From positions 2,046,001 through 2,110,000 of the forward strand of contig NC_043015.1 of the NCBI RefSeq assembly GCF_006345805.1: DNA of 64,000 nucleotides, in the 5' to 3' direction. Below, piece by piece: positions 12,900 through 24,920 of the stretch. Below the pieces are notes generated by a model. That model ran no database searches. It saw nothing but the letters and a program-made list of their open reading frames with translations, and had not been told where the DNA came from. This DNA comes from Octopus sinensis. Taxonomy: Eukaryota. Each line of letters begins with the position of its first letter. Positions within the stretch are counted from its first letter, which is position 1. The translations under genes and the position numbers were made by a program.

Positions 12900-13900
12900 T
12901 AACATACAAGAAGATATAATAATACATTGGTGTAATAAGAAATATTAACTATATTATAGAAATTAAAAACTAAAAAGGTAAAATTAATAAATGAGGGTAC
13001 AAAATTTCACTTACAATTGCCAGAACTGAGAACCAAAATTTAATCCGAACATCCACACAACAGCACTAACCTCATGAAATATCTGGGACTGCGAGAAAGA
13101 AGACACAGTATATTTCTTTTGCGAGATACACTCACAGAATGAAGTAGTTCGATAAAAACATTATTACCTGATTTCGAATTTGGACAATATGACCGTGTTC
13201 CTCGTCATAGGTTACACAATTTTGTCATGAAGGAATGGAAAGCAGCCTATCGCTTTTAACCCGGAATAATTATGTAAACCTCTGACGAGAAACAAGATCA
13301 TATTGATCAAATTTCGAAATCACGCCATAAGGTTTTATCACGCTATTTTATTCTGTGAGTGTATCTCCTGAAGAAATATATGGCTTGCTGCTCGTAGTCC
13401 CAAATATTTCATGAGGGTCGTGCTTTTGTGTGGCTGTTCGAGTTAATTTTTTTTCTCTCATTTCTAGCAATTTCAAGTGCTATATTGCACCGTCATTTAT
13501 GGATTTTCTTTTTAGGTTTTAATTGCTATTGTCGCTATAATTGCTATTATAACGTATTTAATATATCTTGTTATATTATTGTATTATCATAATATCGTAT
13601 TGCATGTTACTATACACTTTAACCGTTTTGAACTTTAGCGCTCGCTTTTCAACGGTTCTTTCTCATGGGAGAATGTGAAGTAGTCTCTCTCTTTTAACTC
13701 GGGGTAAGTGTGGAAACCACTGATGAGAAACATGTTCGCATTGATCAAATTTCGAAATTGCGTGATAGGGATTTGCCAAACTACCTCATTCTGTGAGTGT
13801 ATCAAAGTTTGATGTCGTGACTTGCTGCTCGCAGTCTCGAATATTTCATGAGATTAGTGCTTATGTGTGGCTGTTTGTATAGGCTACTCAAGGATTTCAA
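12900..13900. mobile_element. Cluster of three PLE-type terminal repeats (one inverted, two tandem), each with a hammerhead motif
   Basis: Shared cattctgtgagtgtatc...atatttcatgag on minus (12900-13217) and on plus (~13220-13600, ~13655-13900). HHR motifs at 13156-13213(-), 13276-13335(+) and 13714-13773(+). Confidence 0.75.
13276..13335 (+). ncRNA. Type-I hammerhead ribozyme motif
   Basis: Stem I aaacct/aggttt (6 bp), CUGACGA, stem II gaaa..tttc, GAAA, decayed stem III, AUA site. Confidence 0.65.
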
Positions 13901-14603
13901 TATGTGATCAAAGTATTTTATTAATGACTGCAGGAAGTACATTCTGTTACATATCTGAATTAGACAGAAAATTTGAATAAAGTCATATATGCTATAGAGT
14001 TTTAGTTCGAAAGAAAAATGTTGCTTCATTCGCGATCATAGTCTTTATATTAAAAAGTGGGAGATATAGTCGAGTATCACAACTGTTTCACAAGAAGTAC
14101 AGTGTGCCCATTACATAATATTAGAAATCCTGCATAGTTATCCGATGTCCTTTTTCATCAGGAGTATGCGGTAATTCAGTTGAAAATTCTCTATTGAAAT
14201 GGATATTAGAAAAAATATGCTGGGATAGGAGAAAGATGTACATTTTAAGAATAAAAAAGGGGAAATGGAAAATGGAAATGGTAAAGAATCACAAGCAGGT
14301 CCTTAGGCAGAGAGATAGGTGTTTGGTTTCATTTCCTCGGCTCTAAACTCAAATTTATGGTGCGACTTCAGTGGATTCTGTTCTGATTAAATTCTATCTG
14401 GCGTCAGTGAATAGATGCCAGCACATAACGAAATGGGGTATTTATTACTTAGGAAAGTTGATGTGAATACTAAAAAAACATAAGGAGAAAAGACTGGGAA
14501 TAGAAAATGTCGAGAACGGAAAAAAAAGAAGAGGGCCAAGATAAAATGACGGTAGTAAGTTATGTGTATATACAAACGCACATAGATACACACATGCGCG
14601 TGC

Positions 14604-14666
<63 letters not shown>

Positions 14667-14823
14667 TAGAGAAGAACCACCATGTAGCAATTCAAGAATG
14701 ATATAATTAAAATATACCATATAGAAAAGAATTAAATATATGATAAAAATTTACCTAGAACTAAAATAAAGTACAAAATAATAGCTCAGTTATATATATG
14801 TACACGTTATACTTATAACTGTA

Positions 14824-15606
14824 CACACGGTGCCTATCAGCTAGAAAGAGTAGCTAAAACCCTTAATTAAACCACTAATAACACTGAGAAATACTACAGA
14901 AAAACAACTGTAAGTGGGCAAACGGGTGAAATGCTTTCAACATACAAAATACAGACCAATGCTAAATATATTGCATTTGCATCATGATTTCTATTTCTAG
15001 CGTAAAGCCTCAACTTTCATCAGCAAATTTTTCTATCTGTAAAACTTTTTTCTAACTCGTCACGTTGAAGTCTGCTGGTGCTCTGAATTTACTTGCACCA
15101 AAATTAGAACGGTTCTAGTGTAAATATACTAATGATTAAATATTCAAAAATAAATATTTATATAGGTATTGTTATTTTATATTAACAACAACAATAATAC
15201 CTGCAACCACCTAAATTATTGTTGTTGTTGTTGTTATCAACTATTTATAAGTACCCCAGATGATAATAACAATAATACTATCTATATAAATATTCACTCT
15301 GAAACTGTTCTGATTTTGGTACAAACGATTCAGAACGCCGACAGACTTCAACGTGACGAATAAAAAAAAATACAGTTGGCAAAATTTGGTGATGAAAGTT
15401 GAAGCTTTTCGGCAGTACTAGAACGCTTCATCCAAGTATATCTAAGTGCCAAAATATTTGGCATCGATCTGTATTTGGTATTAGATTTTTTAAAATTATT
15501 TAACCCGTTCACCCGCTTACAGTTGTTTTTCTGTTGAAGCTTTCAGCATTATTGGTGGTTTAACTAAGGGTTTTAGCGCCTCTTTCTATCAGGTGGGCAA
15601 CTTGTG
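14824..15606. repeat. Diverged ~300-bp inverted repeat pair (foldback/MITE-like)
   Basis: 14824-15128 is the reverse complement of 15288-15606 (e.g. tcgtcacgttgaagtctg / cagacttcaacgtgacga; cagaaaaacaactgtaag / cttacagttgtttttctg). Confidence 0.8.
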
Positions 15607-15741
15607 TGCTGTTAAATGTCAAAGTATAAATGTTAAAGTTTAATTCTATTGCTATCTAACGCTATTTAAAGTCTGCAACCAACACTATTATTACGGTTGT
15701 TATTATCAACTATTTATAATAATGATAAAAATATTTACTCC

Positions 15742-16100
<359 letters not shown>

Positions 16101-16711
16101 AAGTGATGACACCACGTGTGCCCTATTATAATTGTGAATGAATTATAAAATATTCGATTTGCCATTTATCGGCCTTTGCTTGTTGCTCATCCATATTATT
16201 ACTGTTATTTTACTAATGATACTATCATTATTATCATTATACTAATGATAAATTAGTATAATGATAATGATTATTATCATTTTACTAGTGATAATGATTA
16301 ACAGTAATATCTATATAAACATTTTCGAATATTTATTCATTTAGTAATTTTATACACTGACACCGTTATTGAATTTGGCGCAAGATTTCTAACGGCTGCC
16401 AAGCACAACGAATGAAGCAAAGAATTTAACCCTAGGTGTATAGTGAAATCTACTGATGAGAACTATGGGAGGCAAACTAAACATTTTAAATCAATTAATC
16501 CCGGTCTATGTATTTCCTAATTCTACGGATATCTGCCGAGATGGTACTTACACCGCATGTATCCTATTATACATTAATTATAAAATTTTGGATTTGCCAT
16601 TTATTAGCTTTTGCTTGATAGCAACCTATATTATTGTTGTTATTATCAATTTTACTACTGATAATAATTCATAACATTATCTATATAATTACTTTCGAAT
16701 ATTTATCGATT

Positions 16712-16782
<71 letters not shown>

Positions 16783-16833
16783 GCAAATATAGGAGTATGT
16801 ATATATACAATATATGTATGTGTATATATCTAT

Positions 16834-17590
16834 ATTCGTCTATAATTAATCCAATAGGCTGGGATTTCGTAGTCTTCATTTTCTTTACCACATACGGGTT
16901 ACGAATTCTGTTTGTTTGTGCAGACATTTTTACTAGTTGTAGAAATAGTGATCTATTTGGCTGCTATTTCTAATATTTTCGGTATGTGGTTTTGAGCAAC
17001 TTGTTGCAATTAACCCTTTATTATAATTAATATAATTCTTACCAAATATGGTCATTTCCATACCGAAAAAAACTAGGTGAAATTTATTAATTTTATTAAA
17101 TTAATTATATTTCACCCTTTATGTGTATTGGATACTATTTACTCCCATAAAATGAATCTGCGAAACTTCGTTTCGTTGGTAATGCTTTTGTAACTCATGT
17201 GGTAATTTTGGAGGGAGATACGAATTCACCTGTCTATATAAATGTAGAGATGCTAGCGGACCGTTATATCGTTCGATGTCGCCTGATCGAGTTGGTGTAA
17301 TGGGTGAGTTTTTTTTCCTACCATTTCTAGATTTAGAGGAAATATTATATTGACAAGGAAATAGACTTTCGGTTCTAATCCAGAAACGGATTCGTCTATA
17401 ATTAATCCAATAGGCTGCGATTTCGTTGTCTTCTTTCTCTTTACCATATACGGGTTACAAATTATGTTGGTTTGTGGAGACTGTTTTACTAGTAGTAGAT
17501 ATAGTGATCTATTTGGCTGCTATTTCTAATATTTTCGGTACGTGGTTTTGAGCAACTTGTTGCAATTAACCCTTTAATGTAATTAATATA
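16834..17590. repeat. ~190-bp direct repeat (16834-17035 and 17390-17590), probably tandem retroelement termini
   Basis: attcgtctataattaatccaataggctg...ttgcaattaacccttta occurs twice. A related end (aatttcaccctttat) occurs at ~17110 and ~56125. Confidence 0.75.
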
Positions 17591-17601
17591 TAATATATAT
17601 A

Positions 17602-17671
<70 letters not shown>

Positions 17672-18309
17672 GGAGAGAGAGAGAGAGAGAGAACTAAAGA
17701 GATATAGGTATATATACATATATATGTTGAAATACTCGTAAACTCAAAATACTATAGATGCACACATGTATATACATACACATACACAAATCGAATTAGT
17801 GTATCTTGCTGTTCAATGCTGATACAGAAGTATAACAGCGTGTACGTACTCTACCTTACATTAACGTACATACGTACACTACCTGGTAGTAATTGGATCC
17901 GTTTACAGATAGATGAAGCAGTAATACTGAAATGTATATATTGCACACTGTTGTCTATATTAATGTTTTGTATACACATTAGTGATTCGCTAAATCATAC
18001 AGATTTTCATGCTGAATACAGCTGTACTGACAGAATAGCAACTCCGGAAAAAGCCGAGTAGAGCGGTCCCTACTGATGTGGCAGCGGAATTAGCCGAAAC
18101 TGATCGTTCAGTATTGGGAATACACGATCGGTGCTTAGTGCGATTATACTCCCTGTAAGTACATATGTATACAATTATGTCCTTTATCTACAGCATTGGT
18201 GTTTTTTAACTCCTATTTCTTGCAAAGTAGGTGTTCTAACATCCTACACATGTTTAGTGACAATTTTAATTTTCCTTTTTGGTAACACATTGCTCACTGC
18301 TGTCCATAT

Positions 18310-18433
<124 letters not shown>

Positions 18434-18659
18434 CGTGTGTGTGTATAGTATAGCTAAATAAATGGATTTGAACACAGAATAACATCTGCGTTCAACTCCA
18501 TTTGTTTATGTATACTATACAAATTACTGCACATTAACCAAGAGTTTCTACCTTTGAATAGGTCCCTACTTCCTTGTTACTTGCGTGAGTTTTGCTACCC
18601 TGGGAAATGTTTATTGAATTTTGCGTGTTAACTTTAAACAAACGATAATTCATTCATCC

Positions 18660-18732
<73 letters not shown>

Positions 18733-19257
18733 TGCATGCGTCTTATATATATATACAAGAATGAAAATTTGAACAGCAAAGAATATGAACAATTTTGTGA
18801 AGTAAACAATGAATGTTGTCCTATACAGATTGTATTCGACAACAAATTGAAACAGGCAATGTTAAATATTTCTAACCATGCAGGTTAATACAAAACCCAA
18901 AGCAATGAGAAATGACAAGTGGAAAAAAAATTGTTTATTGCTATATTAATTAACTTTCATCATCTTGGCAGTTTTTCTTTGTGCTGTGTCCCTCAGCAAT
19001 ATTGCTGCTTTAAATATTCATATATTGAAACTTATTGATCAAAATCTGCAAAGGTTTTAACAAAAACTAAGCGAAAATGTAATCTCAAATATTAATTATA
19101 AACAAAAAGTCAGTAAAGATTATAAAGTTGATATTATATATTAATGTTCGGAATAAATCTCTCGTTACTACTTATAGACAAGTAAAAATAAAATATCAGT
19201 GGTCTTTTTTGTTTATTAACCCAATATTTACTCGCTATTATTTATTGCATTTCTAAG

Positions 19258-19380
19258 ACAGCAAGCTAGAAGAATCGCCTGCACACCGGGCAAAATATTT
19301 AGCGACATACCGTCTGTCTTTACGTTCTGAGTTCAAATATCACTGAAGAATACTTTGTCTTCCATCGTTTTGGTTTCGAA
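19258..19380 (+). mobile_element. Partial SINE family C
   Basis: gcaagctagaagaatcg...tacgttctgagttcaaat. Confidence 0.65.
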
Positions 19381-19599
19381 TCTCTTGAGCACTTTAGAAG
19401 ATATAGTCGAGCACAACACCTCGAAAAATTCCAGGCTTCTTGCCTATAATCGAAAAGATTAGTTACAGCGTTTCTACTTCGAATTACACGTCTGAAGACA
19501 AGTCAGTCATCGCTTTGAGTATGTATTCATCTATGTTAACGTTATATTCACCAATCAATTGATGATCATTGTGGTACTAAAACCAAACTGTTGTAAACT

Positions 19600-20720
19600 A
19601 CCTACTTACATTTTCTCAAACACCAGTTGCTCACGTCACCCAAAGCACGAGTAATGAGATTTACTTTTCAAACCAGACTCTTCCAACATATGCTAAATGA
19701 TTTAACGGGCAAGGTATGATATTACTTTTAAATATTTCACTACGAAACCAGGAATCTTTTACGGACATCCCAAATCTACAAGAGTAAATCCAAAAATGAA
19801 GCCTGTAACAACTTAGAGATCTCAAAATGAAAACAAGTGTGGCAGCTCAGATCTGTGAGTCACAGAGATTGCGTAAATTTATTGACGTTATTCCCAAATC
19901 CATTCTTCGACATATACCGAGTTCCAAAAGGGATGAGGCACTTTTCAAACCATCTTCCGAGGAAAAGTAGCATGGAATATCTTTTTGTCTCATTCGATGT
20001 AATTCTTCTCTATATCTCCATTCCACACATATACAGAATAGTAGCTATATAATTCTGGCCGGGAAAATTCTCAAATGACATTCTCGACAGAATACGATGA
20101 GGATTTATCATTGAAGATTTAAAATTCATTTTACAAAATAACTTTTGCATCTTCAATCAGGACACATACTGAAAATATTGTGCACTCTGATGTGGACAAG
20201 TTTAGCTCCCACCTTGCTATGGCATAACTAGAACTCTGTGGCCACGGATACGCCAGACTAAAATTTGGCGATAACTTCCTAAAATACTTACTCGCCAAAT
20301 GGAAACGCTACCTGGACGGCAATATGATGTTGATCTTGAACAACCCTTGGGATTTAAAAATTATAATTAACAACTTAAACCATAATATCCAATTTGAAAT
20401 GGAGAACAGTAAAAAATATCTGACCTTTGTAGACATTCAAATCATAGAAAGAGATACTAACGTTGAAACCTACATGTAATTCAAACTAAAAACCTTAAGA
20501 TAATACCTACTATTTCTTTCCTGACATCCGACACCCGTGGAAATCGATTCCAAGAACTTAAAGTTATATTACTAGAAAAATAATAGCCGGTCAGTTTAAT
20601 ACGAAATAGAAAGTGCAAGGAGGATAAACATAAAAGAATTGCCTTCTTTATCAATGCACTAGAATCGTTTTGGCCCAATTCCAATTATACAAGTCAAATA
20701 TAATTGCCTTGTATAATATA
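19600..20720 (+). mobile_element. Degraded Penelope-like RT fragment
   Basis: KPGIFYGHPK, LFVSFDVILLYISIPH, LKFILQNNF, KWKRYLDG, NIQFEME..KYLTFVDI. Confidence 0.85.
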
Positions 20721-20828
20721 AAAGAAATATAAACCAGAACTGATTGCTCTATAACAACTCACCAGAATGAAAAAAAATTGAATTTATTAACGAAAAACGA
20801 CCAGAGACAATAGATATAAATAAAGTAG

Positions 20829-21020
20829 AGTTCTATATTTAAGAGATGAGGAAATATGTACATTATGTACATTATTTACATTCAACGGATATTTGTCCTC
20901 ATCTTGATTGTTGTTAACCCAACATTTCGGCTGATACATCCTGCAGCTTTCTTCAGGTGTCTTGGGGAAATTTCAAAACTGGGTTCTCACCATTCCTAAG
21001 GTATTTTTAGTTATTATCAC

Positions 21021-21081
<61 letters not shown>

Positions 21082-21148
21082 GTTATTATTATTATTATTA
21101 TTGTTCAAGTCACTACTTGGAATTGAACTCGGAATCTTGGGGTTAGTA
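20829..21148 (-). mobile_element. HHR-SINE copy with complete 3' tail; head cut just upstream of the B-box
   Basis: Tail agttctatatttaagagatgagg, decayed HHR at 20916-20961, (ATT)n, B-box region gaattgaactcgg. Confidence 0.85.
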
Positions 21149-21289
21149 CGTCTGTCGAACGCATCAGATACAAGCCAACCCCCGAGCAGTTAGAGACATC
21201 CGTAGACCAGCACCATGGCGCAGCCAAATAACAGCTAGCTCTAGGTCAATACGGTACGTTCTTCATTTAGAGTACACTCCAAGGGAATA

Positions 21290-21890
21290 TTGCACCTCTG
21301 TCGTAGTAGCATAATGTGTTGATCTCCATATGTGCAAGTTGTACAAGTGTCGGTGTGTACCTTTAGTTGACGAATTCGTCCAATATCCTTTACCCTGCAG
21401 GCTTTGCATGCCCCCGACTCGCTGCTCTGAATGACAATCAGAAGGGGTTTTTACTGAGTTTCCGTTTGGACGTGAGCAAGCATGTCTGCACCACAGGTAC
21501 GGTAATCTCACCGACGTGACAAACCTCTGCCCGTTCGAGGGAGGCAGACATCTTGTCTGGAACGCTAGTGCAGCAACATGATCTACGAGTCCTACTTTGT
21601 AGCATCTGCTAGAAACCTCAGTCCCGCAGCCCATAACACAGAGGAAAGAACAAACAATAAATACAGATTCCTGACCGGTCACTATCAGTTTGTGCCGGTT
21701 GCCGCCAAGACATCAGGTGTTCTAGAACACCATACAATCGATTTCCTCCGCAAGAGCCGTAACTGTGGCTCATCGGAGAAATGAGCCCCACGACGTGGAG
21801 CGGATGCAGCAGCGAGTGTCGTTGACCTTTTTCTGTAGCAACTATATCGCGGTTATTACCGTTGCGTGCTGCTGAAGAACCCACTTGATG
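21290..21890 (+). mobile_element. 3' part of a restriction-like-endonuclease (RLE) non-LTR retrotransposon (CRE/NeSL/R2-type), degraded
   Basis: Zn-knuckle KCRCVPLVDEF..PC..RLAALND, then LVWN, AAHNTEERTNNKY..GHYQFVPVAAKTSGV, MQQRVSL. Confidence 0.75.
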
Positions 21891-22669
21891 TGGAATATAT
21901 CACCTATCGCCCTCTTCCACTTCATATTCTGGTGCTTTACCCCCATCTCTTTTTCCTTCCTTTTCTTTTCTTATGTCTCTGCTTTCCTGTTACTTGGTAT
22001 TTATGTGTTGTAAGAAAAGAAAAATTTCTAAAGTAATATTCGAAAGGCTGCCCCTTTTAAAAGGCTATACAGGATAACGGCTTTACAGATGAAATATTTT
22101 ACAATCACCCACCTCTTCTATCATCTAGTCGTAAGAATAGCTCTAGAGAAGTTGTATGGTTCTCCCCTTTCTACTCCCTTAATCTTAGGACAAATATAGG
22201 AAGGAGATTCTTGCAATTACCAGATATCCACATATAATAGATTGTTTAGCTGACACACGATTAACGTTATCTTTACTCGTTGCCATAATGCTATGTCATA
22301 TAACAATAATCCATATGCGCTGTGAATACACATGTAGGAAGATATCAAATGGTCCCCTAAGGCAGAAATGCGATATCCATCGTTGTTTATGAAGCACGAG
22401 CTTCAACCAATTATGTTAGCTGATAGACTGAAATCAAATGTTATCTAACAGCTGTGAAGTAAGATTTGAATCTAGATATAACATGCATCATTCAGATTTT
22501 AGGCACCGCAATAAAAGATATTCAATGGCCCATTTGTATTTAACCTGAACCTCTACTAACCTGTAAGACGTCGAAGAGGCTTCAGAAATTATATTTCTTA
22601 TCGCATTTTACATTTTTAAAACAGATATCCAGTTGTCAAAAATATTTTAATTTTGATAGCTTTTACTGT

Positions 22670-22870
22670 CCGGGAAGACGTGTGTACCGTTGGCGAGTCT
22701 TTGTCCTCCGTCTTCCCTTCTCTGGATCTTTCCTTTTCCCATGTTTCTGACGAAGAGCTCCGCTCGAAACGTTAAAACCTCCTTCTTTCCTGATAATACT
22801 ATAATACTATACTTGTTCCACGTCCTCGTGTTATCGTGTTTTCTCTTTGTGTTTTCATGTTTGGATTAAT
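22670..22870 (+). mobile_element. PLE-type terminal repeat with hammerhead core (22743-22778)
   Basis: gttt CUGACGA a gagc tcc gctc GAAA CGUU aaaac, followed by a pyrimidine-rich tail and (AT)n. Confidence 0.7.
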
Positions 22871-22888
22871 TTTAACTATACATACATA

Positions 22889-22927
<39 letters not shown>

Positions 22928-22934
22928 CTATTCT

Positions 22935-24185
22935 CCAACATATACCGAGATGTATATACCGGATTATGTGGAATTTTTGAAGCATCTCGGAAAGAAAACA
23001 TGCAAAAACTTCCTCCTGGTTTCATTCGATGTAATAAACCTCTACACCTTGACTCCTCACAAAGGCAGAATAATAGCCATACAATACTGACTGGGAAATT
23101 TCTCAAATGACATTCTTGACAAAATCGGGAAAGAATCCATCGTGGAAGGAATAAAATTCATCCTACGGAACAAATTTTTCAATTTCCACGGAAACACCTA
23201 TAGACAAAAATCAGGCACGGCGATGGGAACCAAGATAGCGCCTACTTTTGTCAACTTTGTCATGGCATACTTGAAAGTCCAAATATGCGAACATGCTAGA
23301 TTGAAAGTTGGAGACAACTTCCAAAAATACTTATTCACCAACTGGAAACGTTACCTTAACAACTCTCAGCATTTAAAAACTTAATCAGCTGCATTAACCA
23401 CAGTATCCAGTTTACAATGGAATACAGCAACAAGCAATTACCCTTCCTGGACATTAATAAAGAGAGATATTGAAATCGAAACAGACTTTTTCCTCAAACC
23501 AGCGAGCTCAAAACAATATCTTCTACTCTCCTATTGCCACCCAAAATATACTAAAATATATATACCATTCATCTTAGCGAGAATTTGCACGATTGCATAA
23601 AATCCCGAAACCTGAGAAATTCCACTGCAAGAACTTTAATCACATTACTCGATAGCAAATACCCAGTCAGTCTAATCAAAATTGAATTAGAATGTACAAT
23701 AATGATAGAGACTCAAGAGTTACGGCAAAGAAGAAAGCCCCATAACACACTTAAAACTCTACCTTACGTTTCAACACACAATCCAAGGAACATGAGAGCA
23801 CACAATATCATTTAACAAAATATACCCCACCTTATGAAGGACCCGCGAATAAAACAGGCACTAGAAGGTCATAGGATAATCAAAAGCAAGAGACAACAGC
23901 AATTCCGAATAAATTACTCACCAGTGCCAAATTACCCACCAAAAATACAACCCCACAAGTCAGAAAGTACAATCGCCCTAACTGCGGAGCTTGCATCTTC
24001 CTCTTAAATGGCCCAACATACAAATTAATGTCAGCTCACATTCTTACCATAAAATATGACTTCACCTGTGTTCCGAGAACTTAAGCTGTGTTCTTAAACG
24101 TGGAGGTTGTGTTGGTGACTACATTGGTCTAACTAGCTTAAATTTGAGGGATAGACAGGCAAGCAATCCAGGACTCCACCACTAG
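22935..24185 (+). mobile_element. Penelope-like RT + GIY-YIG endonuclease fragment (same family as 19600-20720)
   Basis: LLVSFDVINLYT, YRQKSGTAMGTKIAPTF, WKRYLN, SIQFTMEYSNKQLPFLDI, CHPKYTK..IPF, RPNCGAC, FTC, YIGLT. Confidence 0.9.
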
Positions 24186-24192
24186 GAAAATA

Positions 24193-24417
24193 CTTTACTC
24201 TTTACTCTTTTACTTGTGTCAGTCATTTGACTGTGGCCATGCTGAAGCACCGCCTTTAGTCGAGCAAATCGATCCCAGGACATATACTTTGTAAGCCTAG
24301 TACTTATTCTATCGGTCTCTTTTACCGAACCGCTAAGTTACGGGGACTTAAACACACCAGCATCGGTTGTCAAGCGATGTTGGGGGACAAACACAAACAC
24401 ACAAACATACAAACACA

Positions 24418-24494
<77 letters not shown>

Positions 24495-24662
24495 CATATA
24501 TACGACGGGCTTCTTTCAGTTTCCGTCTACCAAATCCAATCACAAGACATTGGGCGGCCCGAGGCTATATTCGAAGGCACTTGCCCAAGATGCCACGCAG
24601 TGGGATTAAACCCGAAACCATGTGGTTGGTAAGAAAGCTTCTTACTACACAGCAACTCCTAC
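24193..24662 (-). mobile_element. SINE family A, full length
   Basis: Head, internal (CA)n/(TA)n and tail all present. Confidence 0.9.
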
Positions 24663-24764
24663 ACCAATATTAAGTATGGGAGAAAATAAATCTTATAAAT
24701 GGAAATAATAGCGGCGGAATTTATATATTAAAAATATAACATTTTTTCTTCGCTTTAGGCTCAG

Positions 24765-24920
24765 GGTCTTAAGTGGTTTGGGAGGTGTCGAGTTTATTAC
24801 ATCGACCCAAAGTGCTCCACTCACTTTTATTTCTTCTGTCGTGAAAGGGTGAATGGCAAACTGATTGGTGGAATATTAAATCAGAACATTAAGAAGAAAT
24901 GCAGCCGAGTACTTTTTTTT
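24765..24920 (-). mobile_element. Diverged SINE family C
   Basis: ttacatcgaccc...gaaagggtgaatggcaaa. Confidence 0.5.

Noticed and set aside
17220-17560. Minus frame with many TAA/TAG that reads through if they are Gln (alternative code or C-to-T hypermutation)
   Set aside because: Stop density is not far above chance for AT-rich DNA, and the resulting peptide is unrecognisable.
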